Positions 48,154 to 57,354 of a stretch of 64,000 nt of DNA are shown in pieces. The position numbers were made by a program, and so were the translations under genes. Position 1 is the first letter of the stretch. Every line of letters begins with the position of its first letter. Below the pieces are notes generated by a model. That model worked only from the letters and a program-made list of their open reading frames with translations. It made no database searches and was not told where the DNA came from. The stretch lies in assembly GCA_963666275.2 (NCBI GenBank), contig CAXXOA010000002.1:864001-928000 (forward strand). Reading direction: 5' to 3'. The DNA is from Oceanispirochaeta sp. (GTDB lineage: Bacteria > Spirochaetota > Spirochaetia > DSM-2461).

Positions 48154-49371
48154 ATGATCGATTATACATCTTATGCGGATATAGTTTTACAGCAGGGGAT
48201 TAACCTGAAAAAAGGGCAGAATGTCCTTGTCAGCTGCAATGCCGGTAATTATGACCTGGCCAGAGTTCTGGCAGAAAGAGCCTATGCTCTGGGAGCAGGG
48301 TATGTGGATATTGCCGTTCAGGACAATTTTCTGACAAAGGCCCGTCTGGACGCGCAGTCGGGGGAACAGCTTGAGTATGTTCCCAACTATCTTGTAGGGA
48401 AGGGATATCAAATGCTTTCCGAGGACTGGGCCAGGATCCGGATTGACAGTACCGAAGAGCTGGATGTTCTGGGAGAGGCGGATCCTGAAAAACTGGGAGT
48501 CCTTTCGAAGGCCCAGAGAAAGGTACTGAAGTTTGTATCCAAATCCCTTATGAATGACGAACACAGCTGGTGTGTCATAGCTTCTCCGGGCCCTCTGTGG
48601 GCTGAAAAAGTTCTGGGTAAAGGGGCCACATCGGAGCAGCTGTGGGAAGTGCTGAAACCTATCCTCCGTCTGGACAGCAAAGACCCTGTGGCCGCCTGGA
48701 AGGAGCATGGGGATAAGCTGGCAGCCCGGGGCAAAACTTTGAATACCATGAAGCTGGACCGACTTCACTTTGCTGCTGATGGTACAGATCTGACAATCGG
48801 TCTGAATGCGATCTCTCTCTGGGCGGGTGGGCCGGCTCCCCTTCCCGACGGCCGGCAGTTCCTTCCCAATCTGCCTACAGAGGAAGTCTTTACCACACCC
48901 GATTTTTCCCGGACGGAGGGTACTGTAAAAGTTACAAAACCCCTGAAAGTACTGGAAACCATGGTGGAAGAGGCCTGGTTCCGCTTTGAAGAGGGAAAAG
49001 TCGTGGATTTCGGGGCCCGTAAAGGGCGCGATGTGATAGAGAAGTACCTGAATATGGACGAAGGCGCCCGGTATCTGGGGGAAGTGGCCCTGGTGGATGA
49101 GTCCTCACCTATTGCTGCCAGCGGTCTGCTCTTCGGTTCCATCCTTTATGATGAAAATGCCTCCTGTCACATTGCTCTGGGGGGAGGGTATCCCACCTGT
49201 CTGGATCTGCCTGCAGGGGTCTCTTCCGATGAGGATCTGAAAAACCATGGCTGCAATGTCTCTCTGGTTCACACGGATTTTATGATCGGTTCTCCCTCTC
49301 TGGATGTGACCGGGTATGATAAAGACGGAAAGGCGTATCCCGTTATCCGGAAAGGATCATTTGTCTTGTAA
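48154..49371 (+). CDS. Aminopeptidase, M29 family (AmpS/PepS/aminopeptidase II)
   Basis: PNLPTEEVFTTP, LGEVALV, LYDENASCHIALG and NVSLVHTDFMIG. Confidence 0.96.
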   Translation: MIDYTSYADIVLQQGINLKKGQNVLVSCNAGNYDLARVLAERAYALGAGYVDIAVQDNFLTKARLDAQSGEQLEYVPNYLVGKGYQMLSEDWARIRIDSTEELDVLGEADPEKLGVLSKAQRKVLKFVSKSLMNDEHSWCVIASPGPLWAEKVLGKGATSEQLWEVLKPILRLDSKDPVAAWKEHGDKLAARGKTLNTMKLDRLHFAADGTDLTIGLNAISLWAGGPAPLPDGRQFLPNLPTEEVFTTPDFSRTEGTVKVTKPLKVLETMVEEAWFRFEEGKVVDFGARKGRDVIEKYLNMDEGARYLGEVALVDESSPIAASGLLFGSILYDENASCHIALGGGYPTCLDLPAGVSSDEDLKNHGCNVSLVHTDFMIGSPSLDVTGYDKDGKAYPVIRKGSFVL

Positions 49372-49404
49372 CTTTCTGATAAGACGCTGAAAGGATTTTG
49401 CCGT

Positions 49405-49689
49405 ATGGGTGAAGAAAACAATCTGGCCAATAGAGATATCTCCGCGGGAGTTGTTCACTCGCTTCCATCGGATCTGAGTGAGTCTCTTTTTTCTGATGGA
49501 GCAGTTCTTTCCCTCTGGCAGAATCTGACTCCCCTTGCCCGGAATGAATGGATCTGCTGGGTGGAGGATGCAAAAAAGCCGGAGACCCGGGCACGCAGGA
49601 TTCAGAGAGTCCTGGAGGAGCTGCAGGAGGGAAAGCGTCGCCCCTGCTGCTGGCCCGGGTGCCCGCATAGAAAAAAAGATGGGCAATAA
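49405..49689 (+). CDS. YdeI/OmpD-associated family small protein
   Basis: LPSDL, LTPLARNEWICWVEDAKKPETRARRI and RPCCWPGCPHR. Confidence 0.85.
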   Translation: MGEENNLANRDISAGVVHSLPSDLSESLFSDGAVLSLWQNLTPLARNEWICWVEDAKKPETRARRIQRVLEELQEGKRRPCCWPGCPHRKKDGQ

Positions 49690-49779
49690 GCCAAAAAATC
49701 GGGAGAAACACTCCATGGAATTCAGAGCAGAGATAGGTTTTCTTACGGAATCTAAATTGGCTGGGAAGCTCTGAGGACT

Positions 49780-50610
49780 CTACCTGTCCATATCCCGGAT
49801 AGTCTTATCCATCCGGCCGAGCCGGGATGCGGCATCATCCCATGACTTCTGCAGATTTTTCAGATGCGTGCCGGTCAGGCTGAACTGCCTGTCCAGGATC
49901 TCATAATCTTTTTTGATCTGGGACACCAGGGTCATCAGCTCTTTGCTCCGGTTGGAGAAGGAGTAGCCTCTGAAACCGTAGACCACAGTCTGGAGATACA
50001 CAAAAAGATTGGACGGGCTGACCGGGAGGATCCCCATCTTGAGGAGTTCGTTGATAAGGCCTCCCCCCTCCCGGATAAAGGCCCTGTAGTAGAGACCTTC
50101 CGAGGGAATATACATAAGAGCAAAGGGCAGGGTCCCCTCCCGGGGGAGTATATACTTTTCTGCAATGGACCGGCCGTGCTGAATAAAGACCTTTTTTACC
50201 GCTGCCGGAAGATCTCCTGAAGACTTTTCCAGGCCTTCCCTCACCTGCTCCAGGGAGAATTTCGCATCCACCGCTACCTTGTAGCTCCCCATCAGAATGA
50301 CCGCATCGGCTCTCTGACCGCCCGCAAAACCGTACTGAAACTGATAGCTATCCGGAGGAAGCCAGTTGCGGATCAGCTCCTCCATCATGGTTTCCCCCAG
50401 TCCGCCCCGCATCCGGGGATTGTTGAAGATCCGGCTCATCTCTTCCAGCTGACCGGAAATCCGATCCAGCTGTTCAAGCTTACCATTCATTCTCAGAAGA
50501 ATCTCCGGAGAGTAGGATGGCTCCCGGGGAGGATTCCTCTTTACCAGGATAAGTATCAGAATAAAACAGAGAAGGGTGAGGGCAATGAGTAAAATTGTCT
50601 GTATAGGCAA
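49780..50610 (-). CDS. rmuC: DNA recombination protein RmuC (short form)
   Basis: N-terminal TM, RGGLGE, RADAVI, VDAKF, SIAEKYI and FALMYIPSEGLY. TTG start with GGAGG RBS. Confidence 0.9.
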   Translation of the reverse strand: MPIQTILLIALTLLCFILILILVKRNPPREPSYSPEILLRMNGKLEQLDRISGQLEEMSRIFNNPRMRGGLGETMMEELIRNWLPPDSYQFQYGFAGGQRADAVILMGSYKVAVDAKFSLEQVREGLEKSSGDLPAAVKKVFIQHGRSIAEKYILPREGTLPFALMYIPSEGLYYRAFIREGGGLINELLKMGILPVSPSNLFVYLQTVVYGFRGYSFSNRSKELMTLVSQIKKDYEILDRQFSLTGTHLKNLQKSWDDAASRLGRMDKTIRDMDR

Positions 50611-50994
50611 GAAATCCTCCCGGGACTGGTCTATTCAAAACTTATACGGCAATTCGGAAGGTGGCAAGGTGAATTTATGGAAAACAGGGTAAGCACAGGA
50701 AAAAGGGGCAGGAGGTTTTTATGTAGATAGGGACGGAGGAAATCTTTTCCCAGGATTTGTAGCAATCCTTATTATCCTGAAGCCGGAAAAAGACAGTATA
50801 TACCCTTATATATATTGCTCTGAATTGTGAATATACATCTTTCCGAAAAATCACTGGATATCTTCTGAGAGTAAACTTCTGGTAAATGATCAGAAAGGCG
50901 TGGTCTCATCAATGTAAAAGGAAATCGACCTTTTATGTTTAAAATCTTTAACCTCCATCCCCTCTCTTCTTCTCTTTTCTGAAACGCCAGCTAA

Positions 50995-51055
50995 GTGACA
51001 GAATTACGACATTCCTTCACTTGTCACATTACTGTCGTATGAACTAACCTGTCAT
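50995..51055. promoter_or_regulatory. Array of GACA/TGTC half-sites, probable operator of the XRE gene
   Basis: GTGACA 50995, TACGACA 51005, TGTCAC 51022, TGTCGTA 51033, TGTCAT 51050. Confidence 0.6.
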
Positions 51056-51094
51056 CAGGCTATCTTTCAAAGGCAAACAGCAGGAGGCTTTATT

Positions 51095-51565
51095 GTGCTG
51101 CTAATTAAAAAGTTGAGACTTCAGAAAGGCTGGTCCCAGTCGGAGCTGGCTGAATTCAGCGGTTTAAGCGTCAGAACCATCCAGAGAGTCGAGAGAGGGG
51201 CTCAGCCCGGTCTTGAAACACTCAAATGCCTTGCTGCTGTTTTTGACATGGAAGTTGCTGATTTTCAGCAGCAGGAGGATAGTATGAATCAGGACAGTAT
51301 TTCCCGGGAAGAAAGACAGGCATTCAGGCAGGTTCAGGCAGAAAAGGGCTTTTACGGCCATCTTCTAACCTATATTTTTGTGATCGCCATGCTTTTTGTT
51401 ATAAATCTGATTTCAGCACCGGATTATATCTGGGCGAAATGGCCCGCCCTGGGATGGGGGATCGGAATCCTGTCCCATGGGGTACGGGTTTTCTCTCCTT
51501 TTCGCCTTTTCGGCCCGGAATGGGAAAAAAAACAGGTGGAAAAGAAGCTGGGACGCAAGCTTTAA
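51095..51565 (+). CDS. XRE-family HTH regulator fused to a 2TM domain
   Basis: WSQSELAEFSGLSVRTIQRVERG, then GFYGHLLTY...WPALGWGIG...H...WEKKQV. AGGAGG RBS, GTG start. Confidence 0.92.
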   Translation: MLLIKKLRLQKGWSQSELAEFSGLSVRTIQRVERGAQPGLETLKCLAAVFDMEVADFQQQEDSMNQDSISREERQAFRQVQAEKGFYGHLLTYIFVIAMLFVINLISAPDYIWAKWPALGWGIGILSHGVRVFSPFRLFGPEWEKKQVEKKLGRKL

Positions 51566-51590
51566 TCCGGATCGGAACTTTTTTGAAACC

Positions 51591-51610
51591 TCCGTCCCTC
51601 TCGGGACGGA
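51591..51610. terminator. Hairpin between convergent genes
   Basis: TCCGTCCC-TCTC-GGGACGGA. U-tracts are weak on both strands. Confidence 0.4.
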
Positions 51611-51615
51611 AAACT

Positions 51616-53106
51616 TTACTTGAGCCCCAGCAGGCGGTCCAGGGCCTGCATATCCAGGGCTTCTTCCACCACATCGGCTATGCGTTCAAACTCTTTTTCC
51701 CGCAGGATCTCCTCGGTTTCTCCCGGTTCGGAGGGTTCCCATCCCAGGGACATCAGAAAAGCATGGCGGAAAGAGGGGGTATCAAAGATTCCGTGCATGT
51801 AGCTCCCCCAGAAACGGCCGTCCTGTGATACGGCCCCGTCTTCGGTTCCGTCTGTCCGTCGGTAGAGGGGGATGGCGTTTCCTGTAATTTCCGATTCTCC
51901 CATATGGATTTCATATCCCTTCAGGTTTGCTCCGGACAGGTTGCTGAAGAATCCTCCGTCCCCCGTCAGAACCCCTTCGGTCTGAACCGTTTTCTTTTCC
52001 CGGGAAAAGTCTGTCTCAATATCCAGAAGTTCCAGGCCCCTCTCTTCTCCGGCAGGGCCTTCCATTCCCTCGGAATCCCGTATGATCCGGCCCATCATCT
52101 GATAGCCGCCGCAGATTCCCCCCACAGGCGTGCCTTTTGCCGCCAGTTTCCGGATGGCGTCGAACAGGCCGTTCTCTTTCATCCACTTCAGATCGCTCAT
52201 GGTTGTCTTGGAGCCGGGAAGGATAACCGCAGCGGGATTTCCCAGCTCCTGCAGATTCCGTATAAAACGGACCTGAACACCCTTTTCATTCCGGAAGGGG
52301 TCAAGATCATCGTAGTTGGAGAGTTTGGGAAACTGGATTACGGCGATTTCAAGGCCTGATTCCTCCCCCCATCTCCGGTTGGTTTCAATAAAAACCGAGT
52401 CTTCCCTGGCCAGATAGATATCCGGAATCCAGGGGATCACTCCCAGAGTGGGCACGCCGCCGCAGCGTTCGGTCAGCATATCGATTCCAGGCATCAGGAG
52501 GGCTTTGTCTCCCCGGAATTTATTGATCAGAAATCCTTTGATCCGGTCTCTGTCTTCATCCACCAGTTCCAGTGTTCCCAGAAGGGAGGCAAAAACCCCG
52601 CCTCTGTCTATGTCCCCAGCCAGTAGAACCGGGGCATCCAGGTAGCGGGCCACAGACATGTTGACGATTTCATGGGCTTTCAGGTTGATTTCCGCGGGGC
52701 TTCCCGCTCCTTCGGCAATGATAATGTCATTTTCCGCCTGCAGACGGTCCATGGCAGCGGTCACTTCGTTCCAGAGAGACTTTTTGGCCTGGTAATATTC
52801 AGAGGCCGGAAGGGTCTTCCAGGGGCGTCCCATCAGGATTACCTGGGAACGGGAGTTCCCTTCGGGCTTGAGAAGAACAGGGTTCATATCTATATGGGGA
52901 GGCCGTTGTGCCGCCTGGGCCTGGACCGCCTGAGCCCGGCCGATCTCCGCCCCTTCGGGTGTGACAAAGGAGTTGAGAGCCATGTTCTGAGATTTAAAAG
53001 GGGCCACTTTATAGCCCCTGCGGCTGTATATACGGCAGAGTGCTGCCACCAGGGTGCTCTTTCCTGCATCAGAGCAGGTCCCCTGTATCATAAGGGTATG
53101 CGCCAT
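51616..53106 (-). CDS. cobQ: Cobyric acid synthase
   Basis: QGTCSDAGKS, PFKSQNMALNS, EGAGSPAEINL, DIDRGG, GICGGYQM, GYEIH and YMHG. Confidence 0.97.
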   Translation of the reverse strand: MAHTLMIQGTCSDAGKSTLVAALCRIYSRRGYKVAPFKSQNMALNSFVTPEGAEIGRAQAVQAQAAQRPPHIDMNPVLLKPEGNSRSQVILMGRPWKTLPASEYYQAKKSLWNEVTAAMDRLQAENDIIIAEGAGSPAEINLKAHEIVNMSVARYLDAPVLLAGDIDRGGVFASLLGTLELVDEDRDRIKGFLINKFRGDKALLMPGIDMLTERCGGVPTLGVIPWIPDIYLAREDSVFIETNRRWGEESGLEIAVIQFPKLSNYDDLDPFRNEKGVQVRFIRNLQELGNPAAVILPGSKTTMSDLKWMKENGLFDAIRKLAAKGTPVGGICGGYQMMGRIIRDSEGMEGPAGEERGLELLDIETDFSREKKTVQTEGVLTGDGGFFSNLSGANLKGYEIHMGESEITGNAIPLYRRTDGTEDGAVSQDGRFWGSYMHGIFDTPSFRHAFLMSLGWEPSEPGETEEILREKEFERIADVVEEALDMQALDRLLGLK

Positions 53107-53183
53107 TCTCTCCTCCCGCTTTATGTGGGTTAACCGGTAGATTTAACGGGACAGTTTCTGTTGAATTTCCCCGTCGGTTTTTA

Positions 53184-53197
53184 TGCTTTTCTATTCA
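53184..53197. promoter_or_regulatory. Possible ARG-box upstream of argJ
   Basis: TGCTTTTCTATTCA resembles TG(A/C)AT-N4-ATTCA. Single and imperfect. Confidence 0.3.
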
Positions 53198-53279
53198 ACA
53201 ACAGAATCGCAGTTTGTGTCCACACAGGTTATTCGGGAATAATAGACCTTTGTGTAACAAATCGTTATGATAGGATACT

Positions 53280-54563
53280 ATGAAATATTACAGCTCTCCC
53301 GAATCCTATCTATCAGATCTGGAAGAGAGAAGCCGTCCTCCCGAAGGGTTCAGGATCGGAGTTTCCTCTCTCGGATTTACTCCCGTTGAGAAACCCGACG
53401 GGAGTGAAGCTGCCATGAATCTCACAGCCATCCTGCTTGATGAGCCTACTGAGTCTTTTGCAGCGGTATTTACACGGAATGCCTTTCCCGGTTATCCCGT
53501 CCGTATCGGCAGACGCCTCCTGGAGGAGTCCGCGGTTCAGGGTGTGCTGGTGAACAATAAAATAGCCAATGTCTGTGCTCCCGGAGGCGAAGAGGCTGCT
53601 CTGGCCGTAACCTCGGCCCTGCAGGAGCATATGGGGGAGGATTTGAAGGCTCCTGTTTTTCCCTCCTCTACCGGTGTTATCGGATGGTCTCTTCCTGTGG
53701 AGGCTATGAAAAAAAGGATCCCCGGATTGACAGCGACCCTGCAGTCTGAGTCTCTTCTGCCTGCAGCAAAAGGAATCATGACCACTGATTCTTTCCCCAA
53801 AATCCGCTCGGAACAGGTAGGGGAAGGTTCCCTCTGCGGTATCGCCAAAGGGGCCGGTATGATCGAACCCAATATGGCGACAATGCTTGTTTTTCTTATG
53901 ACCGATATAACCATCAGCCGGGAGGCTCTGCGCCGCTGTCTCTCCCGGGTGGCTGAAAGGACATTCAACAGAATCTCCATTGACAGCGATCAGAGCACAA
54001 GCGATTCGGTCCTCCTTTTTTCATCCTGCAGAAAGCCGGCTGTTGAAGAATCAGTTTTTGAAGAGGCTCTCTATTCGCTTTGCCGGAAGCTGGCAGAGGA
54101 TATTGTTCGTAACGGAGAGGGGACCGGACATGTTATAAAAGTAAAGGTCCGGGATGCGGCAACAGAAGAGCAGGCTGCGGCATTTGGTAAAGCTCTTGTG
54201 AACTCTCCTCTGAGCAAGACTGCCATATATGGAAATGATCCCAATGTGGGCCGTTTTGTTCAGGCCGTGGGAGACTATGCCGGGAATAACGGTATTGCCC
54301 TTGAGGAAAAGAAACTGATCATACAGCTGGGAGAGGAAACTGTTTTCTCGGGCGGAGAGTTTCAGCTTGACGGCAGTAAGGAGAAGAGGCTGAGCGATTA
54401 TCTTCTCTCCCGAAAAATGACAACCCCCAATCCGGGATATCCCGAGCATGAGATGTCTGTTGAAATTGCCATAAGTCTGGGACTGGGAGATGCGGAGTCT
54501 CTGGTTCTGGGCTCAGACCTCTCTTATGAGTATGTCAGGGAAAATGCGGATTACAGAACATAA
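53280..54563 (+). CDS. argJ: Ornithine acetyltransferase / N-acetylglutamate synthase
   Basis: FTRN, SSTGVIG, IMTTD, KGAGMIEPNMATML, DSDQSTSD, GEG, DPNVGR and NADYRT. Confidence 0.96.
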   Translation: MKYYSSPESYLSDLEERSRPPEGFRIGVSSLGFTPVEKPDGSEAAMNLTAILLDEPTESFAAVFTRNAFPGYPVRIGRRLLEESAVQGVLVNNKIANVCAPGGEEAALAVTSALQEHMGEDLKAPVFPSSTGVIGWSLPVEAMKKRIPGLTATLQSESLLPAAKGIMTTDSFPKIRSEQVGEGSLCGIAKGAGMIEPNMATMLVFLMTDITISREALRRCLSRVAERTFNRISIDSDQSTSDSVLLFSSCRKPAVEESVFEEALYSLCRKLAEDIVRNGEGTGHVIKVKVRDAATEEQAAAFGKALVNSPLSKTAIYGNDPNVGRFVQAVGDYAGNNGIALEEKKLIIQLGEETVFSGGEFQLDGSKEKRLSDYLLSRKMTTPNPGYPEHEMSVEIAISLGLGDAESLVLGSDLSYEYVRENADYRT

Positions 54564-54588
54564 AGTCGTGATGGAAAAAGGAAGCACC

Positions 54589-55602
54589 ATGAGTGAAGAA
54601 GTAACAGTCAGCAAAAATCAGGAGGGAGAAAAACTCCTTCAGAGTAAAATAGAAGATGCCTCTCGGCTCCTGGGGAATGCCCGGGATGAAATCCGTAAAA
54701 GGATCATCGGTCAGGAAGGCATGGTAGACGGCCTTCTTATGGGAATCATTACAGGGGGCCATGTCCTGGTTGAGGGAGTTCCCGGCCTGGCAAAAACTCT
54801 TATGGTAAAAACCGTAGCCGAAGCGCTGAATGCGGATTTCAAAAGGATCCAGTTTACACCGGACCTCCTCCCGGCCGACCTGATCGGTACGATGATCTAC
54901 AGGCCCCAGACCGGAGAGTTCGTTCCCCGGAAAGGTCCCGTTTTTACCAATGTGGTTCTGGCCGATGAGGTGAACAGAGCTCCCGCCAAAGTTCAGTCGG
55001 CACTCCTGGAGGCTATGGCGGAGAATCAGGTGACCATCGGTGACAACTCCTATCAGCTCCCCGAGCCCTTTTTTGTCCTGGCCACCCAGAACCCTATTGA
55101 GCAGGAGGGGACCTATCAGCTCCCGGAAGCCCAGCTGGACCGTTTTCTCATGAAGCTCAAAGTGGAGTATCCCTCTCCCCAGGAGGAGCTGGATATCCTG
55201 AATCAGCTGGATGACCCTTCCGAAGTTGTGATCAGGAAGGTCTTCAACCGCTTTGCCATTCAGGATCTGAAAGAGACAGCTTCCAGAATCCGAGTAGATG
55301 AAAGTATCCGGAAATACATCGTTTCCATTGTGAACGCTTCCCGTGTGAAGGGGCGTCATCAGCTGCCTTTTACAAGGTACATTGAGTTCGGAGCCTCCCC
55401 CAGAGCTTCCATTGCTCTATTCAACTGCAGCCGTGTTCAGGCTCTGTTTGAGGGGCGGGATTATGTGATTCCGGAAGATGTCAAATCCGTGGCCTACAAT
55501 GTACTGCGTCATAGAATTGTCCTCTCCTACGAAGCGGAAGCGGAAGAGCTCCAGGCAGATGATGTTATCCGGGATATACTGGCGGCTGTAACGGTTCCCT
55601 GA
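54589..55602 (+). CDS. moxR: MoxR-family AAA+ ATPase
   Basis: EGVPGLAKT, RIQFTPDLLPAD, ADEVNRA, ATQNPIEQEGTY and GASPRA. Start 54589 preferred. Confidence 0.95.
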   Translation: MSEEVTVSKNQEGEKLLQSKIEDASRLLGNARDEIRKRIIGQEGMVDGLLMGIITGGHVLVEGVPGLAKTLMVKTVAEALNADFKRIQFTPDLLPADLIGTMIYRPQTGEFVPRKGPVFTNVVLADEVNRAPAKVQSALLEAMAENQVTIGDNSYQLPEPFFVLATQNPIEQEGTYQLPEAQLDRFLMKLKVEYPSPQEELDILNQLDDPSEVVIRKVFNRFAIQDLKETASRIRVDESIRKYIVSIVNASRVKGRHQLPFTRYIEFGASPRASIALFNCSRVQALFEGRDYVIPEDVKSVAYNVLRHRIVLSYEAEAEELQADDVIRDILAAVTVP

Positions 55603-55606
55603 TTAT

Positions 55607-56479
55607 ATGGATAGCCGGAATATTTCCAATAAAGTCAAACATCTCCATTTTATCTCCCGCAAACTTGTGGACACCATCTTTGCGGGAAACTACCACTCTG
55701 TTTTTAAAGGTCCCGGCCTGGAATTTGATGAGGTCCGGGAGTATGCCTGGGGAGATGATCCCCGTTTCATTGACTGGAATGTGACCTCCCGTATGAGCGG
55801 TCCCTATACCAAAACCTTCCGGGAGGAGAGGGAAGTTGTCCTTCAGGTTCTTGTGGACACCTCAAGCTCTCTCTTTTTCAGTTCCGGACAGATGAATAAA
55901 CGGGAACTGGCCGGGTATGTTTTTACTCTTGTGGCCCTTGCTGCGGTTGCCAACAATGATAAGGTCGGCAGTCTGCTCTTTTCCGACAGGATCGAGGAGC
56001 AGGTTCCTCCCCGGAAAGGGAAAAAGCATGTGCTCAAACAGATCACGAGAATTCTCTCCGTCCAGGAGGGACAGAAAGGCTCCAACCTCTCTCTGGCTCT
56101 TACAACCGCATCCCAGACAATGAAGCGCCGGGGGATCTGCCTGATCCTTTCGGATTTCAGAACGACAGGTTATCAGAAGGAGCTCTCTCTGCTGGCCAGA
56201 AAGCACGATGTGATCGCTATCAGGCTGACCGATCCTCTGGATCATGATTTCCCCTCAACAGGCCTTGTTTCTCTGGAGGATCCCGAGTCGGGGCTCCGCT
56301 GGCAGGGGATGGGGACTAAGGGCATGCGGGCGTCCTACAGACAGTTCTGGGAGCATGAGCGTTATCTCTGGCGCAAAGAGTGCCAGTCCGCCGGTGTGGA
56401 TATCCTTGAGATTTCAACCGAAGATGATCCGGCTGCCAGGCTTCTTCATTTTTTTGAACGGAGGAAAAGCCGCGCGTGA
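55607..56479 (+). CDS. DUF58 (VWA-like) protein
   Basis: GLEFDEVREYAWGDDPRFIDWNVT, EERE and LSDF. Confidence 0.93.
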   Translation: MDSRNISNKVKHLHFISRKLVDTIFAGNYHSVFKGPGLEFDEVREYAWGDDPRFIDWNVTSRMSGPYTKTFREEREVVLQVLVDTSSSLFFSSGQMNKRELAGYVFTLVALAAVANNDKVGSLLFSDRIEEQVPPRKGKKHVLKQITRILSVQEGQKGSNLSLALTTASQTMKRRGICLILSDFRTTGYQKELSLLARKHDVIAIRLTDPLDHDFPSTGLVSLEDPESGLRWQGMGTKGMRASYRQFWEHERYLWRKECQSAGVDILEISTEDDPAARLLHFFERRKSRA

Positions 56480-57354
56480 AGCTTCCCAGTCTCTTACTTA
56501 TAATGCTGTTTTTTCTTTTTCCGGCAGCTGCCCAGGAATATCAGCAGTTAAATACACGGTTCCTTCCTCCCGATTACTATGTGGGGGATACTGTGGATCT
56601 GCAGTTTACCCTCAGAACCTCCGAAAGCTATGATCTTCAGATCCCCGAATCCCTCCCTGATCCGGGATGGGTGGATCTTCTTTCCCTTAAAATGGAAAAA
56701 ACCGGTACAGATACCCGTATTACCATACGTTTTATCCCCTTCTATCCGGGAACGCGGACACTGCCGCCCCTGGTTCTGGGAGATCTTGTACTGCAGGATA
56801 TTAAAATCTATACCTCTTCGGTTGTCTCTACCGACGCGGACAGGGAACTGGCAGGGCTGCGGCCCAATCTGATTATTCCGGGAACCCGGATCACAGGGGC
56901 TGTCATTTTTTCAGCTCTCTTGAGTTTTCCCATACTCTTTATTCTGCTTTTCCGGATCGTCAGAACCCGGACAGGGGCTCTTGTCAGGTCCTACCGCTTG
57001 AACCTTCCCTACAGAAAGTTCCTGAGGCTTATGAAGAAGGTCCGCCAGTCCCTGAATGATATGTCCGATAAGGAGTTTTTCAATATCTATGCCGGAGGGA
57101 TGAAGGATTACCTTTCCACCCGGTTTCAGCAGGATTTCACAACCCTGACAACCAAGGAAATGGAAGTGGTTTTCCGCAGATCCTCTCTGACAGAATCGGT
57201 CTATCTGACCATGCTGAACCTTTTTCACAGAATGGATCGGGTGAAGTTCGCAGGAGAAGAGATGGGATTCAAAGAAAGGGAAGGGATGATCGCCGAAGCG
57301 GAAGAGATTTCAGGAGAACTGGAAGAATGGAGGAAGCACAGTGCTGACTTTTGA
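56476..57354 (+). CDS. Bat-operon membrane protein (exported Ig-like domain, TM, helical C-terminus)
   Basis: Signal peptide, one internal TM, YLSTRF...TLTTKE...DRVKFA. Translationally coupled on both sides. Confidence 0.8.
   Translation: MKLPSLLLIMLFFLFPAAAQEYQQLNTRFLPPDYYVGDTVDLQFTLRTSESYDLQIPESLPDPGWVDLLSLKMEKTGTDTRITIRFIPFYPGTRTLPPLVLGDLVLQDIKIYTSSVVSTDADRELAGLRPNLIIPGTRITGAVIFSALLSFPILFILLFRIVRTRTGALVRSYRLNLPYRKFLRLMKKVRQSLNDMSDKEFFNIYAGGMKDYLSTRFQQDFTTLTTKEMEVVFRRSSLTESVYLTMLNLFHRMDRVKFAGEEMGFKEREGMIAEAEEISGELEEWRKHSADF

Noticed and set aside
49780..51565. RmuC nuclease fold plus XRE regulator as a defence or toxin-antitoxin locus
   Set aside because: The genes are divergent and about 480 bp apart, both families are widespread, and no toxin or effector is present.
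53107..53279. Possible cobalamin riboswitch upstream of cobQ
   Set aside because: I could not find the conserved B12-box elements on the minus strand.
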